DNA of 64,000 bases from Chlorokybus atmophyticus (GCA_009103225.1 RHPI01000003.1:548566-612565); one strand, 5' to 3'. Positions 1-10,764 are shown, counted from the stretch's first letter. The notes: generated by a model not told the origin, from the letters alone. Made by a program: numbers and translations.

Positions 1-1
1 A

Positions 2-442
2 CAGGTTCTGCAGGCCAGGCACGTCTTTGGTGTTGTATTTGTGATGAACACAGAAGCCAACGACACGTGCTCACAAGCAGATGTGCACAGGTTGAATGCA
101 TGCAAGGCGACTCTACGGGTTTCGCACTTCAAGGCACCCACAAGCACAGTAGAATCCTTCCTGTCCGACCACTCCTTTCAGGTGGTGGAGAAAGTGGCGG
201 TTCTGCAGCTGCTGCCGGTCCTTGCAGACAGTTTGCTGCTCGACAGTGAGGGCAACGATTTCTTCACCATTGCTGCCGCATCGCTTGCCCAGTGGAACAG
301 GAAGTTGCTCAAGGCGCATGAACACACAAGAGAAACCCTGACTACAGCCGACAACGAGCTGGCTGCCTTCAAAAGTGCAGTGTTGCATCCGCTACTGCGT
401 CGCAAATTTTACACGATGACTGACAAGGGATTGAGGGGCTGA
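2..442 (+). pseudogene. Plavaka-like (CACTA/EnSpm-related) transposase, middle segment; runs off the window start
   Basis: Open frame ...RVSHFK...EKVAVLQLLPVLADSLL...HTRETLTTADNELAAFK resembles the Plavaka-type pattern LRHF...E..xL...HT..TL..l..al..F (recalled, not searched). It continues conceptually into the segment starting at 1930. Confidence 0.62.
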
Positions 443-964
443 CGGGTGCCTGACCCTGCCTGACCCTACTTGACGTACGGATTGGTCCGTAAAGGGACTT
501 TTTAGGACGGCCGTTACTATCAAGCAACACATACCGACGGCAAGCGGTCGACCGAAAGGTACAATCGTCGGCGGCCTGCATGTGACGGCGACACCGCACT
601 TTAAGGTGACGGCCAATTGTTGGTCGTCGTCCCATTTGCGCGATGGCGACCTATCTGTATAGCAGATAAGTCACGTTTTGGTCATATACAGTGACGGCCG
701 TTCGTCGATCGCCTATACCCTTACTGTCAAAAAGTATGCGCGACGGCTTGCCTACTTTAGCAAGCCAGTCACCGTTGGTCCCTACCAGGTGACCTTACCG
801 CGTTTATTAAGTGACGGCCGATCGCCGGTCGTGCACTTAACGCGGCGACCTATTTATTGTGTGGCAAGTATGATAAGCAAATGACCGCCGGTCCCTAAAG
901 GTCAGCAAGTCGAGACGCTGGTACAATGCAGCCGCCGTACTATGTCAATGGTACGATTAGTGCC

Positions 965-1000
965 AATATTACAATGGTACTTTCGTACCATTGTAATATT
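965..1000. repeat. Perfect 16-bp inverted repeat with a 4-nt loop
   Basis: AATATTACAATGGTAC-TTTC-GTACCATTGTAATATT. Confidence 0.95.
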
Positions 1001-1104
1001 ACGATAATGCCGTTGCGAGTCACGTTTCGACAACGCGTTTAAATCACTTTGGCTGCCCAATTAACTCAAACACTCAACAGCTTTAAGTTGAACAGAGCGT
1101 TGTG

Positions 1105-1430
1105 GGCGGCGGCGGCGGCGGCAGCGGCAGTGATGGCGGCGGCGGCGGCGGCGGCGGCAACGGCTAACAGTATGTGAGCTTGGTTGCTGTCTGACGCTGT
1201 ACGACGCGTAACACCGCATGCCATATAACACCCTCCTTGCCTTAGAGCGGCCAGGCCAGGCCAGGCTAGGCCAGACCAGGCCAGGTGGCGGCAGTGGCGG
1301 TTGAGAAGGAACGGCAGCGGCGGAGTTGGAGCGGGCGGTGCAGGAGCCGTAGCTTAGTACAAGGGTAGTACTAGCAGTAGTACCTTGGTAGTAGCAGTAG
1401 TGGTAGTGGTAGCAGTAGTGGTAGTCTGAT
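1105..1430. repeat. Low-complexity tract: (GGC)n, (GGCCA)n and (GTA/GGTA)n-like repeats
   Basis: Directly visible simple repeats. Confidence 0.85.
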
Positions 1431-1929
1431 TGTACTAGCAGTATTAGTAGTAGCTCAATATATTACATTATAATTTATTTGTTTTTTATTATTTGTCACG
1501 CATTCTTGCACAGCTGATGACGACAATCACGTGTGACACCTAATCATGATTGAGCGGTACCAGCAGGTACATTTCAAGGTGTACATTAATAACACTAGAT
1601 ACCTTAAGGTACCTGACAATTTCGCTCAGTTAGCGTACAGCCGCCAGTACCTAACTGATAGGTACCGGTTAGTTACCTATTAGTTAGATAAAGTCCCCTT
1701 TGCATAACTGTTGAGTACCTGACAGGAACCTATTAATCAGGGTCAGTCGCTTTATGCAAATGGCCGCCAAATAATGGTGACGGCCGTTATGCTCAGGTCC
1801 CCGTATCGAGATCGCCGGTAGACTAAAGGTGGACAGTTCAAATAAGTATACTCAGGTGCACGCCCGTTGCCAATATTCAGTCGGCCGGCAGGGGAAACAA
1901 TTTGCGACGTGTCGTCATATTCCGCACAG

Positions 1930-2817
1930 AAGTTAGGGTGGTTGATCGAGAAGATGCATCAGCTCACTCATTTTGGGCCGGCAATTGTCAGCAGTGGACA
2001 CCCAGATTGGATAAGCGCCAACCGCATGGAGTAGACGCACGCCCGAAATATCAAATGGTGGGCGCGTGGTGACAACAACCGGGACTACCAGGCACGTATC
2101 CTGAGGCATGGAGCTATGCGGAATATGTGAGAGAGGATGGCATGGTCGTAGATCCAAAGATGCGCTCCATTATGGCGCAGGCGCGACAGCAGTGCTGTAA
2201 TGTCATGGAGAAGACGGACAAGTTGCTACGGATGGATGTGCTGACAAGGAGGGAGTCCAGCCCGTACTGGAGCGGATCTGCGCGTAGCCGCCAAGTCGCC
2301 TTGAAGACTCCATTCGCCGACAAGCTGCCTTCCACCCTGGACAGCTGGTTGAGGAGGGAACAACTGGAGTTGGCCGACGGGTGGCGTGCTGTTCGCGTGG
2401 TGAACGGAGGCGCAGCGGTGTACATAACATCAGGAGTAAGCATGGCGCGCGCAACTGGGATGTTCCATGGGCGGCCTTGGTTCTCTACTCTTGAGTTGGA
2501 AGGTGATGAGGACGGTGTGAACGTAACGTGGTGGGCTTAGGCACTCCTTTTTCTGCGCGTGGTGGTGTGGGGTGGCGAGCGGCGAGCGCGTGTGGGAGGA
2601 GGTCGTGTTTGTCCGCTGGTACACGAAGCTGGATGTGACGAGCGACACAAAGTGCATCGCTCTGGAATGGGGAAAGCGTCGAGGCGGTCCACATCTCGAT
2701 GTCGTGACGCTGGAGCAAGTAAAAGGCATTGTCCAGCTGCTCCCCATTTTTTACAAGGACAGCGCCCGTGTACAAGAGGGCAAGTATTGGGTGAACGTTT
2801 ACTGCACTTCCTCGTGA
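1930..2817 (+). pseudogene. Plavaka-like transposase, C-terminal segment (in-frame stops and frameshifts)
   Basis: From 1951 it reads KMHQLTHFGPAIVSSGHPDWISANRME*THARNIKWWARGDNNRDYQARIL (pattern K.H.L.H...I...G...E..H...K......N.RD). Then ARATGMFHGRPWFSTLEL...WWA*ALLF, then VFVRWY...LEQVKGIVQLLPIF...YWVNVY, the typical C-terminal module. TAG stops at 2032 and 2538. Confidence 0.7.
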
Positions 2818-3020
2818 CACATGTACTTGTCTCACTACTCTAAGTTTGGAGCATATCAGTCAGTTAGGCACTGCTAATCGTATGCTAAGACTTTTGCATG
2901 TGGACGTGTACAATACCGGGCAGCTGTCACTGCACAACTGTCACCACAATCGAATGTGCCATGCAACATTCAACAAGCAGTCCGCCGTGTGGCATTTAGC
3001 GTCAATACAGTGCACGACAC

Positions 3021-3737
3021 TCAAGCCCCATAGTTCCATGACACAGGAGGGTAATCACAGCGCATACCCATTGTTTCAAGCATGAGACGCCCTATGCACT
3101 CCGCCATTGCGGGAGGAACTGCATTCGATATGGAAACAGCTGAGGTCATCCATGACACTCCTAGCTGTTTGCCACGCAGCAATACCGCCCCTGGTGCTTG
3201 GAAGGCCATGGACCGGGTACATTCGCTGTGGCGCGTTTGATGTCACGATTGTCTTCTTCGCGCTAGCGGACAGGTGCGGCGATAGCAGTCCAACTGCCTT
3301 GCCCGCGTGCGAGCAGCGTGCTGGTGGGGTAGCTACCACTGGCTGTGTCTTCAAACAGACGGTGTCGGAAAGTTGATAGGCCAAACATCGTGCCACAAAG
3401 GGACAGATTGGGTCTGAATGAGGAAGCTGCTCCTGGCACATTCTCAATCACAGACTTGACCTGGCTGGCAAGCAGCAGACGTCGACAAGCGGTATCATAT
3501 CCTGTTGTTTCCAGGATGTGCCATGTGCCGCCCGTTGAGGTGCCGGGATAGCACCTGAATGGGCTTGGCATGATGGACTGGCCCAGATGAGCTCGTACTC
3601 GCTCGGCTCTCCTGCACTCAGGGTGCATACATCGCGGTGTATGAAGGGCAGCGGGTACTCAGAGGAGGGACTTATATCCATCCTGGTCACGTTAAAGCCT
3701 GCGTGATATAGACCGACACTGGCAACGCCACCGCCGC
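3021..3737 (-). pseudogene. Compact C5 cytosine DNA methyltransferase (phage/bacterial-like), frameshifted; main body
   Basis: Motifs in order across three frameshifts: xGGGVASVGL (motif I tail), MDIS (II), LIWASPSCQ (IV, catalytic Cys), VIENVPGA (VI), LCGTMFGL.TFRHRLFE (VIII), and GVSWMT...SNAVPPAMAECIGRLM (X). Confidence 0.9.
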
Positions 3738-4403
3738 TGTGACGGTGCTCGTGCCTTGTCACCTGTGAGTTGGTCCAATCAACAACCCTCTCACCAAGAC
3801 ATGGTATTCACACCGGAACCTTGCCCCCTCTGCCAAGCACACACGCGCGCCCCGCCACTCGCGTACGCACGCGCATGCGCTTGAAGCTACACACCGACTT
3901 GTGTAGCGCCTTTGATTGTCACACAAGCAAGCTCACACCAGTGGACACACGCTAGCAACCCCTGCTAACCACCAAGCTTGCACACAAGAAACTAGGGAGC
4001 TAAAGGTTGTGCAAACTGTAGAATGTCACTTTTATACCTACCAATCTGCACATGCTACTGTCTAGACGATTCTAGCGCTAGACGGAACTAGAAGCTAAGA
4101 TATTCTTGCAGAATCTTGTACACTTCTAGACCTTTCCAGCGCACCAAAGATCTATTAATTTGCTGCTCATATGGTCAAGTTATACTACTTGGCGCTAGGC
4201 CCTTCCAGAAATCTGGTCGAGCCCTTCTCAACTGGCCCTCCGTTTTCTGGCGGCTTCAAGACTGGTCTCTTGGGGCCTCGGTCGATATCTGCGGCAGACT
4301 CATAACTTGCCGATATCCGCCACAAGTCATGAAAAACATAATACCTTACAAATAAGGCCTAAAATGGCCATGAAAAACACGAAATTTGGCCTTGATTGTT
4401 ACA
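3738..4403 (-). repeat. 3' LTR of family A element
   Basis: Direct repeat of 8013-8678, TGT...ACA termini, PPT adjacent. Confidence 0.95.
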
Positions 4404-6035
4404 CTCCTCCCCCCCCAGATGAGCTTCGTCCTCGGAGCTCGCGAGGTTGTTGTCGAGCAAGATAGTCACCCACAACGTCTTGAGCATTAGTCAAGTGTGC
4501 CTCTGGCTCCCAGGATGCTTCATGCAACGGATAGCCCTTCCATTTCACTAAGAACTTGCGTACGCCATGCACAAACTTCTCACCAAGGATGTCTTCTATC
4601 TGCCACTCTTGTTCACCATCCGTGCCAACTTCGGGGGGCCTTTCTGGCGGTTGTCCTCGATATGCTTTCAGAAGGGAGACGTGAAAAACGGGGTGCACAC
4701 GCATGGTGTCGGGTAGCTCCAGCTTGTACGCCACGTCCGAGCTAACCTTGCCGACCTTAAATGGTCCCAACCACGTGCATTCAGCTTGCAAACTCCCGTA
4801 CGCACCGGTACGTGCTTCGCGGAGAGTAACACAATGTCGCCTTTTTGAAATGTGAGGTGTCGGCGATGCGCGTCCGCGTACTGCTTCTGCCTATTTTGTG
4901 CCACCAATAGCGCCTCCCTAGCTGCCTTGATCTCCGCGCACTTTGTGAGGAAGTTATTAGCTGCCTCCACATGCACGTCATGTCGTCGCCCCAAAAAATA
5001 ACGCCATTGTCATAGCGCCATTACTTGCGCCAAAAGTTCCTTCTCGTGCACGGGGTAATTCAGCTCCGCACCACTCATCTTCTTGCTGAAAAATGCTACT
5101 GGTTGAAGGCTGTTGCCATGGTCTTGCTGCAAAACAGCTCCTACGGCTGTGTTCGACGCATCGCAAGCCAAAAAAAATGACTTTTCCATGTCCGGGTGAG
5201 CCAGGACTGGTGCCTCCGTCAGCGCCTTCTTCAACGCAGCAAATGCATGTTCCTCTGTTGCAAACCAGCTCCAAGGCTTTCCCTTCTTGAGTAGGGCAGT
5301 CAAGGGAGCAGCTATGCGCGAAAACGCCATGATAAACTTGCGATAATACCCCGCAAGGCCTAAAAAAGACATCACCTCCTTTACGTTAATCGGGGAAGCC
5401 CACTCGCGCACCACCTGCACTTTGTTGGGGTGCCTTCATGCGACTCGATGTGGCCTAGGTACTCCACCTCTCGAAGCAAAAGTTTGCACTTTTGTAGCTG
5501 GGCGTACAACTTGTGTTCGCGCAAATGCTGCAACACGCGCCGTAGAAGTGCCACGTGCTCCTCCTTTGTCTTCGCATACACTAAAAGGTCGTCGAGGTAC
5601 ACGAGGACTCCCTTACCAATTATCAATTAAGTCAGGGAAACGCTGTTCATTAGCGTTGAAATGTTGCGGCGCGTACGTAAGTCCGAAAGACATAACCAAC
5701 CACTCGTAGTGCTCATAACGTGTGTTAAAAGCTGTTTTCTCCACATCCTCGGGCGCGATGCGGATTTGGTGATAACCTCCAGCAAGATCAAGTGTTGTGA
5801 AGTACTGCGCACCTTGCAATTGCTCCAGCAACTCGTCGATACCTGGGAGTGGAAAGCAAGTCCTCTTCGTGATGTTGTTGAGAGCTCGGTAGTCGACGCA
5901 CATGCGCAAGCTCCCATTCTTCTTTCGTACAAACAAAATAGGTGCACCATAAGGGGACTTACTAGGCCTGATGTAGCCTCTTTTCAGCAAGTCCGCCACC
6001 TGCCTCTCGGCCTTTTCCAGCTCCAAAGGTGACAA
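4399..6035 (-). pseudogene. pol remnant: RT, RNase H, integrase C-terminal tail and chromodomain
   Basis: [81 protein letters not shown], and EWQIEDIL...FLVKWKGYPLHEASWEP; several frameshifts. Confidence 0.93.
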
Positions 6036-6200
6036 CTTGTATACGGGTCAATACGGTGGCTTGTGCACGCCCTCAATCAGCTCCACACGGTGATCTACGC
6101 TCCGTGGAGGTGGTAGACCAGATGGAAGTTCGTCCACCATGATATCTTATCTTGGTATTTATTAACAAGTTTACACACCTCGGGGTCCATCGTAGCCGTC

Positions 6201-7914
6201 TTAACATCGTTTCTCAGCTCCAGTGCTGACTTTGCAGTGTTTTTGCGCACCACGCACAACCATGCAGCCTTTGCCTTCCGTGGATACAATAACTTCCTCA
6301 ATTGCACATAAGAGGTCAATTGTTGTACCACCTGATTGTGCGTGCCGCGCCTCAATGACGTCCGAAGCAGCTTGAATGGACTCTCCACCATTTCGTTCGA
6401 TGGTGACCACGCGCTTCCTCCAATTGATGGATGGATTATGTTGCCATAGCCACGGTAGTCTCAAAATCCCGTCAAACCCGTTCCGTAGGGTGATGCAGCA
6501 AAATCGCATGTCTTCCTTCATCTTCCCCATGCGAACGCACAACTCTTTGGTAATGAACGCAGCGCCATTACCTCCAGAGGGTGGCTCTCCATCAGCGAGC
6601 TTCACTTCACCTTCGCTTAATGACGAAAGCCAACCGTAACGCCGCGCAATATCAATGCTCATAAAGTCGCTGTTGGCACCGCTATCAATCACGAGCTTAC
6701 ACTCTCTCCATCGTCCTTGGTCATCGCAAATGTGTGCTCGAAGCCCGAAGTACTTTGTTGTCTCCTCTTCTGCATAACTCACCACCGTTGGCGCGTTCAT
6801 AACCATCTCCTCTTGCTTCTTTGATGGAAATGTCACAGCATCCGTCCGTGCATGAGGCTCGTTCCTATCCCCAGCGATAGCCTCCTCACCTACTGGGGAA
6901 ATCGTTTTCCTGCTCCACGCCTTTTTGCTCCATGGTGTTGACGCGACGATCACGGCGAGGGTTGCCGTCCAGTGTTGGCCTTTGCGTGCGTCATTTGGGG
7001 CATCCGTACGCAAAATGCTCATTCGACCCACACGCATAACACTTGCACACACCTTTACCTCTTTCACCACATCCGCCGTGATTCGCCTCACTTCCATGCG
7101 TGTATGGCACCCACCTCCATTGATGCAGGCCCAGAGTCAGCTCCACCTCCATTGGCAAGCGCTAAACTTGGTTCTCCTCGTCTCCATGCATGTTAAAAGC
7201 CTCCCCGGGGCTGATCACCATCCCTTTGCCTCCAGTCAGTGTTTCTTGTGGTGGACTTGAAGTACAACGCGTCGAGACGCTCCGCAATGCGTATAGCCTC
7301 TGCGAGTGTCTTCGGGTCCCGTAGCTCCACTTGTTTACGCCCCAAAGGTTTCAAACCACATGTATACCTGTCCAGCTGCTCCTCCTCGGTCATATTGGGT
7401 ATGGACATCACCAATCGCTGAAACGCAGCCGTGTACGCCATCACCGACCCCATTTGCACAAAGGCCGCAAGTTTGTTGCGTGCGGCCTTCACGCTCTCAA
7501 CGGGAACAAATTGAAGCCTGACCTCCATTGCCAACTCTTCCATGGTGGTCAATGGTAGCGCCACCCATTTGCGACACGCGTACATCGATGCCTCCACCAC
7601 ACAAGTGCTGCACCTTTGAGCAATGTCGCTGCAACCTCCACATGTAAGTATCCGGGTACCTCCGTGAGCTTTAACCATGATGACACTTGGAAAAGCCACT
7701 CGTCCACAACATCTTCATCACGTTGACCCTTGAATGGCTTTGGCTTTGGCACCTTCACATGCACGCGCGAGCTTGACGCCGTGGAAACTTGTGCATGCGT
7801 CATGGCACGCTCGTACGCCTCGCGTTGTGCTTGTGCCGCCGCTTGCATGTGATGAAGCTCTGCTCGCAGTGCCAAGACTGCATTTTGAAGCTCCTCAACA
7901 CGGACATCCTCCAT
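6201..7914 (-). pseudogene. gag (capsid, CCHC knuckle) and aspartic protease remnant
   Basis: KVPKPKPFKG...WLFQV...ATLLKGAALVWW, QMGSVMAYTAAF, knuckle at ~7000-7040, LVIDSGANSDF, LRLPWLWQHNPSINW. Confidence 0.9.
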
Positions 7915-8012
7915 CTTTACCTCCTTTCCTTCACAGTTAGAGTGTAAACGCAGCTTCGTCCCTTAAAACGCTACCACACTCGCACCTCTGCAACCATAGC
8001 TCCGATATCAAT

Positions 8013-8678
8013 TGTGACATTGCTCGTGCCTTGTCACCTGTGAGTTTGTCCAATCAAGAACCCTCTCACCAAGACACGGTATCCACACCGAAACCTTGCC
8101 CCCTCTGCCAAGCACACACGCGCGCCCGCCACTCGCGTACGCACGCGTATGCGCTCGAAGTTACACATCAACTTGTGTAGCGCCTTGGATCGTCACACAA
8201 GCAAGCACACACCAGTGGACACACGCTAGCAACCCCTGCGAACCACCACCAAGCTTGCACACAAGAGACTAGGGAGAAAGGTTGTATTGCAAATTGTAGA
8301 ATGTCACTTTTATACCTACCAGTCTGCACATGCAACTGTCTAGACGATTCTAGCGCTAGACGGAACTAGAAGCCAAGATATTCTTGCAGAATCTTGTAGT
8401 ACACTTCTAGACCTTTCCGACGCACTAAAGATCTCCTCATTTGCTGCTCATATGGTCAAGTTATACTACTTGGCGCCTGGCCCTTCCAGCAACCTGGTCG
8501 AGCCCTTCTCGACTGGCCCTCCGTTTTCTGGCGTCTTCCAGACCGGCCCTGGGCCGGTCGATATCTGCGGCAGACTCATAACTCGCCGATGTCCGCCACA
8601 AGTCATGAAAAACATGATACCTCACAAATAAGGTCTAAATGGCCATGAAAATCACGAAATTTGGCCTTGATTGTTACA
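8013..8678 (-). repeat. 5' LTR of family A element
   Basis: Direct repeat of 3738-4403 with numerous substitutions and small indels. Confidence 0.95.
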
Positions 8679-8720
8679 AAACATGTCCGCCAACTTGAAA
8701 TCTAGGGTGTGTATTTGCTT
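8679..8720 (-). pseudogene. N-terminal piece of the C5 methyltransferase (first half of motif I)
   Basis: The minus strand reads ...LDFKLADMF right up to the LTR edge. It joins to xGGGVA on the other side of the element to restore LxDxFxGxG. Confidence 0.75.
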
Positions 8721-9442
8721 TGCCTAATTACTCTAGTGTTGCGAAATCTTTATGAATAAAGTAATTTGATTGTGCATCTTACGAGATATGTATTAAACAT
8801 TTAACGGTCTACCTTATGCATTACAACTTTCACCCGTTAGACTATGCGTTGGAACGCATATTTTACTTTTGCCCACTATGACGCATAGCTACGCGGGGTT
8901 TTAACGAAAAAAAATACCAACTTTGGGGCCGGTACAAAATATAAAAGTTTCACGGCACTCAGGTAGGTATTGATAATAAGCCGTTTTCAAGCTGCGTATA
9001 ACTTGCACTCCCACCTGTAATCATTACAAATGCACGCACGAGTAGAAGCATTGCGTTAATGCTTTACTTCACAAAGCAACACTCGTGGTAGCACTGCACG
9101 GTCATGTGCAGCCTAGAGGTCATCATATCGTGAAAAGTTAAATCTTTGTCGAAGGCCCCCCGTAAGTACTTCCTCGAAGATATAATTTTTATTTTCTCCT
9201 CTGTTTAAACGCAACATTACCCAGTTAGCAAGTCTGTAGATAGAATACTTGTGAGTATTTAATATAAATAAGACCTTCTTATTTGTAACTTAATTAAAAA
9301 ATAAACAGATATATAACTCATGTAACTTATCACAGATTAATATATATTTTATGATTTTATGATAAGTCATGTTATGAATAAGAGCAAGTTTTGTGACTGA
9401 TAAGCTTGCAAGTGTTCGCAATGTTTAATCATACTATGTGAC

Positions 9443-9700
9443 ATACATCGGTTACATTTGAGTAAATTAGAAGTTGACAAAACATGGAAAGACAGATGAT
9501 ACAATGCATGATTATATGATTAATACGTCAATACAATTAAGGATTGTATGACAATCTTCTCATACATGATCACCTTACAAGTGTTTAACACATTTTATCA
9601 AACTGTTTGAAATACATCAGATGCATTTGAGTGAAGTAAATTGAAGTTTAATGAACATAAATAGACAGATGATACAATTCATGATTATATCGTCAATTAC
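9443..9700. repeat. Degenerate tandem duplication (~170-bp period) in an AT-rich block
   Basis: CATTTGAGT...AAATT(A)GAAGTT...AGACAGATGATACAAT(G/T)CATGATTATAT occurs twice. Confidence 0.7.
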
Positions 9701-10137
9701 GAAGAAAATTCTTTAATAGATGTTACAATATACTCAACAAATTGATGACATAATCATGACATTTATATATACGTCGTATTCATGTCACACTGTAATGCAG
9801 CATGACTCTGCGCTATGTCACTGCTAATAATAAATGTACCAGTCCTTTTGCCACACGTTATTGACCATGCGCTGTAGCGTTGTGGTATCAAGCACATTGC
9901 TTTAAATCCATGGGCATTGATGCAATCATCTCAGTAGTTACATGTTGCAGATGTTCACTATGCGATATACGCTCAAATGGTAACGTTGGCGATGTTGACA
10001 CAGCAAATATTGTAATAGTAAAAATATATGCGTTATGCATATGATATGGTATATAATAATGGAGGTCGATTTGTTTGATTAATCAGTGATGAGCAATGAT
10101 TCTTCGCTATTTGTTGAACAAATACAAGCCATCCTTA

Positions 10138-10208
10138 AGTGTCGTGGCGCACTAGCTAGGGCACCGTCTTTCGACAGGGGAGACCCGGGTTTAAATCCCA
10201 TTTACGTC
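10138..10208 (+). ncRNA. Degenerate tRNA-Glu-like sequence (Pol III A/B boxes; SINE head or tRNA pseudogene)
   Basis: A-box-like TGGCGCACTAGCTAGG, anticodon-like loop CTTTCGA and GAGACCCGGGTTTAAATCCC (B-box-like) at near-canonical spacing. Stems pair poorly. Confidence 0.5.
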
Positions 10209-10229
10209 CCCGCGGAATGAGGTGCAGAA

Positions 10230-10282
10230 ATGGTTGGCCCTTCCCCGCCGCTGCATTGCAACGGCGGGGAAGGGCCAACCAT
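10230..10282. repeat. Perfect 21-bp GC-rich inverted repeat with an 11-nt loop
   Basis: ATGGTTGGCCCTTCCCCGCCG-CTGCATTGCAA-CGGCGGGGAAGGGCCAACCAT. Confidence 0.95.
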
Positions 10283-10706
10283 ATGGGCTCGTCCATTAGA
10301 TTTGAGCGGCTAGCGGGAGTTACACAGCTTTCTGGGAAGCTTTTCAAGATGCATTGCAAAGGCAATTGTCAGGTTGCAGAAAGTGCGAGAGCTAATAAAA
10401 ATACCGAAAACCAAGTACCAGCCGTAAAGCCATATGATGTGTAATTTCATGGGTTGTGAGCATTGCAAAATCAATACCCGATACTTGTCGTGTTGCAAGT
10501 GTGCATCATCCTCATTCCCCTTCCCCTCAATCGATGCTGTATCACCACATATAAATTGTATAATTCTTTACAAAAGTCCCAAGTACAGGTTTCTCTTTGC
10601 AGCGCAATGGACTATGCAGTTATAATATTGCAGTTTACAAGTTGTACCAATCAAATGAGTTCGACGAAAGAAAAGAGCGAGGGGGTGGGGGGGGGGGGGG
10701 GGGGGG

Positions 10707-10764
10707 NNNNNNNNNNNNNNNNNNNNNNNNNNNNNNNNNNNNNNNNNNNNNNNNNNNNNNNNNN
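10707..10764. other. Assembly gap (N run) within a poly-G tract
   Basis: N characters flanked by G homopolymers. Confidence 0.99.

Larger units (their letters stand above)
443..1929. mobile_element. ~1.49-kb non-coding insertion splitting the transposase (putative non-autonomous element)
   Basis: Coding sequence on both sides can be rejoined (DKGL/R + KLGWLIEKMH). The interior has dispersed G(T/G)GACGGC(C/G) motifs near 505, 582, 607, 691, 821 and 1777, GTAC-rich motifs and a central low-complexity tract. Boundaries are approximate. Confidence 0.5.
3738..8678 (-). mobile_element. Ty3/gypsy chromovirus LTR retrotransposon (family A), decayed, integrase core deleted
   Basis: Two 666-bp TG...CA LTRs, PBS-like TGATATCGGAGC next to 8012 and a PPT at 4404-4420. 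Internal gag, CCHC knuckle (CYACGSNEHFAYGC), protease (LVIDSGA), RT (YLDDLL), RNase H and chromodomain. No TSD found. Confidence 0.95.

Noticed and set aside
443-2000. Dispersed GTGACGGCCG motifs as a CRISPR-like array
   Set aside because: Repeats are short, irregularly spaced and lack uniform spacers, and the context is eukaryotic with no cas genes.
8734-8738. TAGTG as a possible CACTA-type right terminus of the Plavaka-like element
   Set aside because: A 5-mer only about 55 bp from the MTase start, with no subterminal repeats and the left end outside the window; expected by chance.
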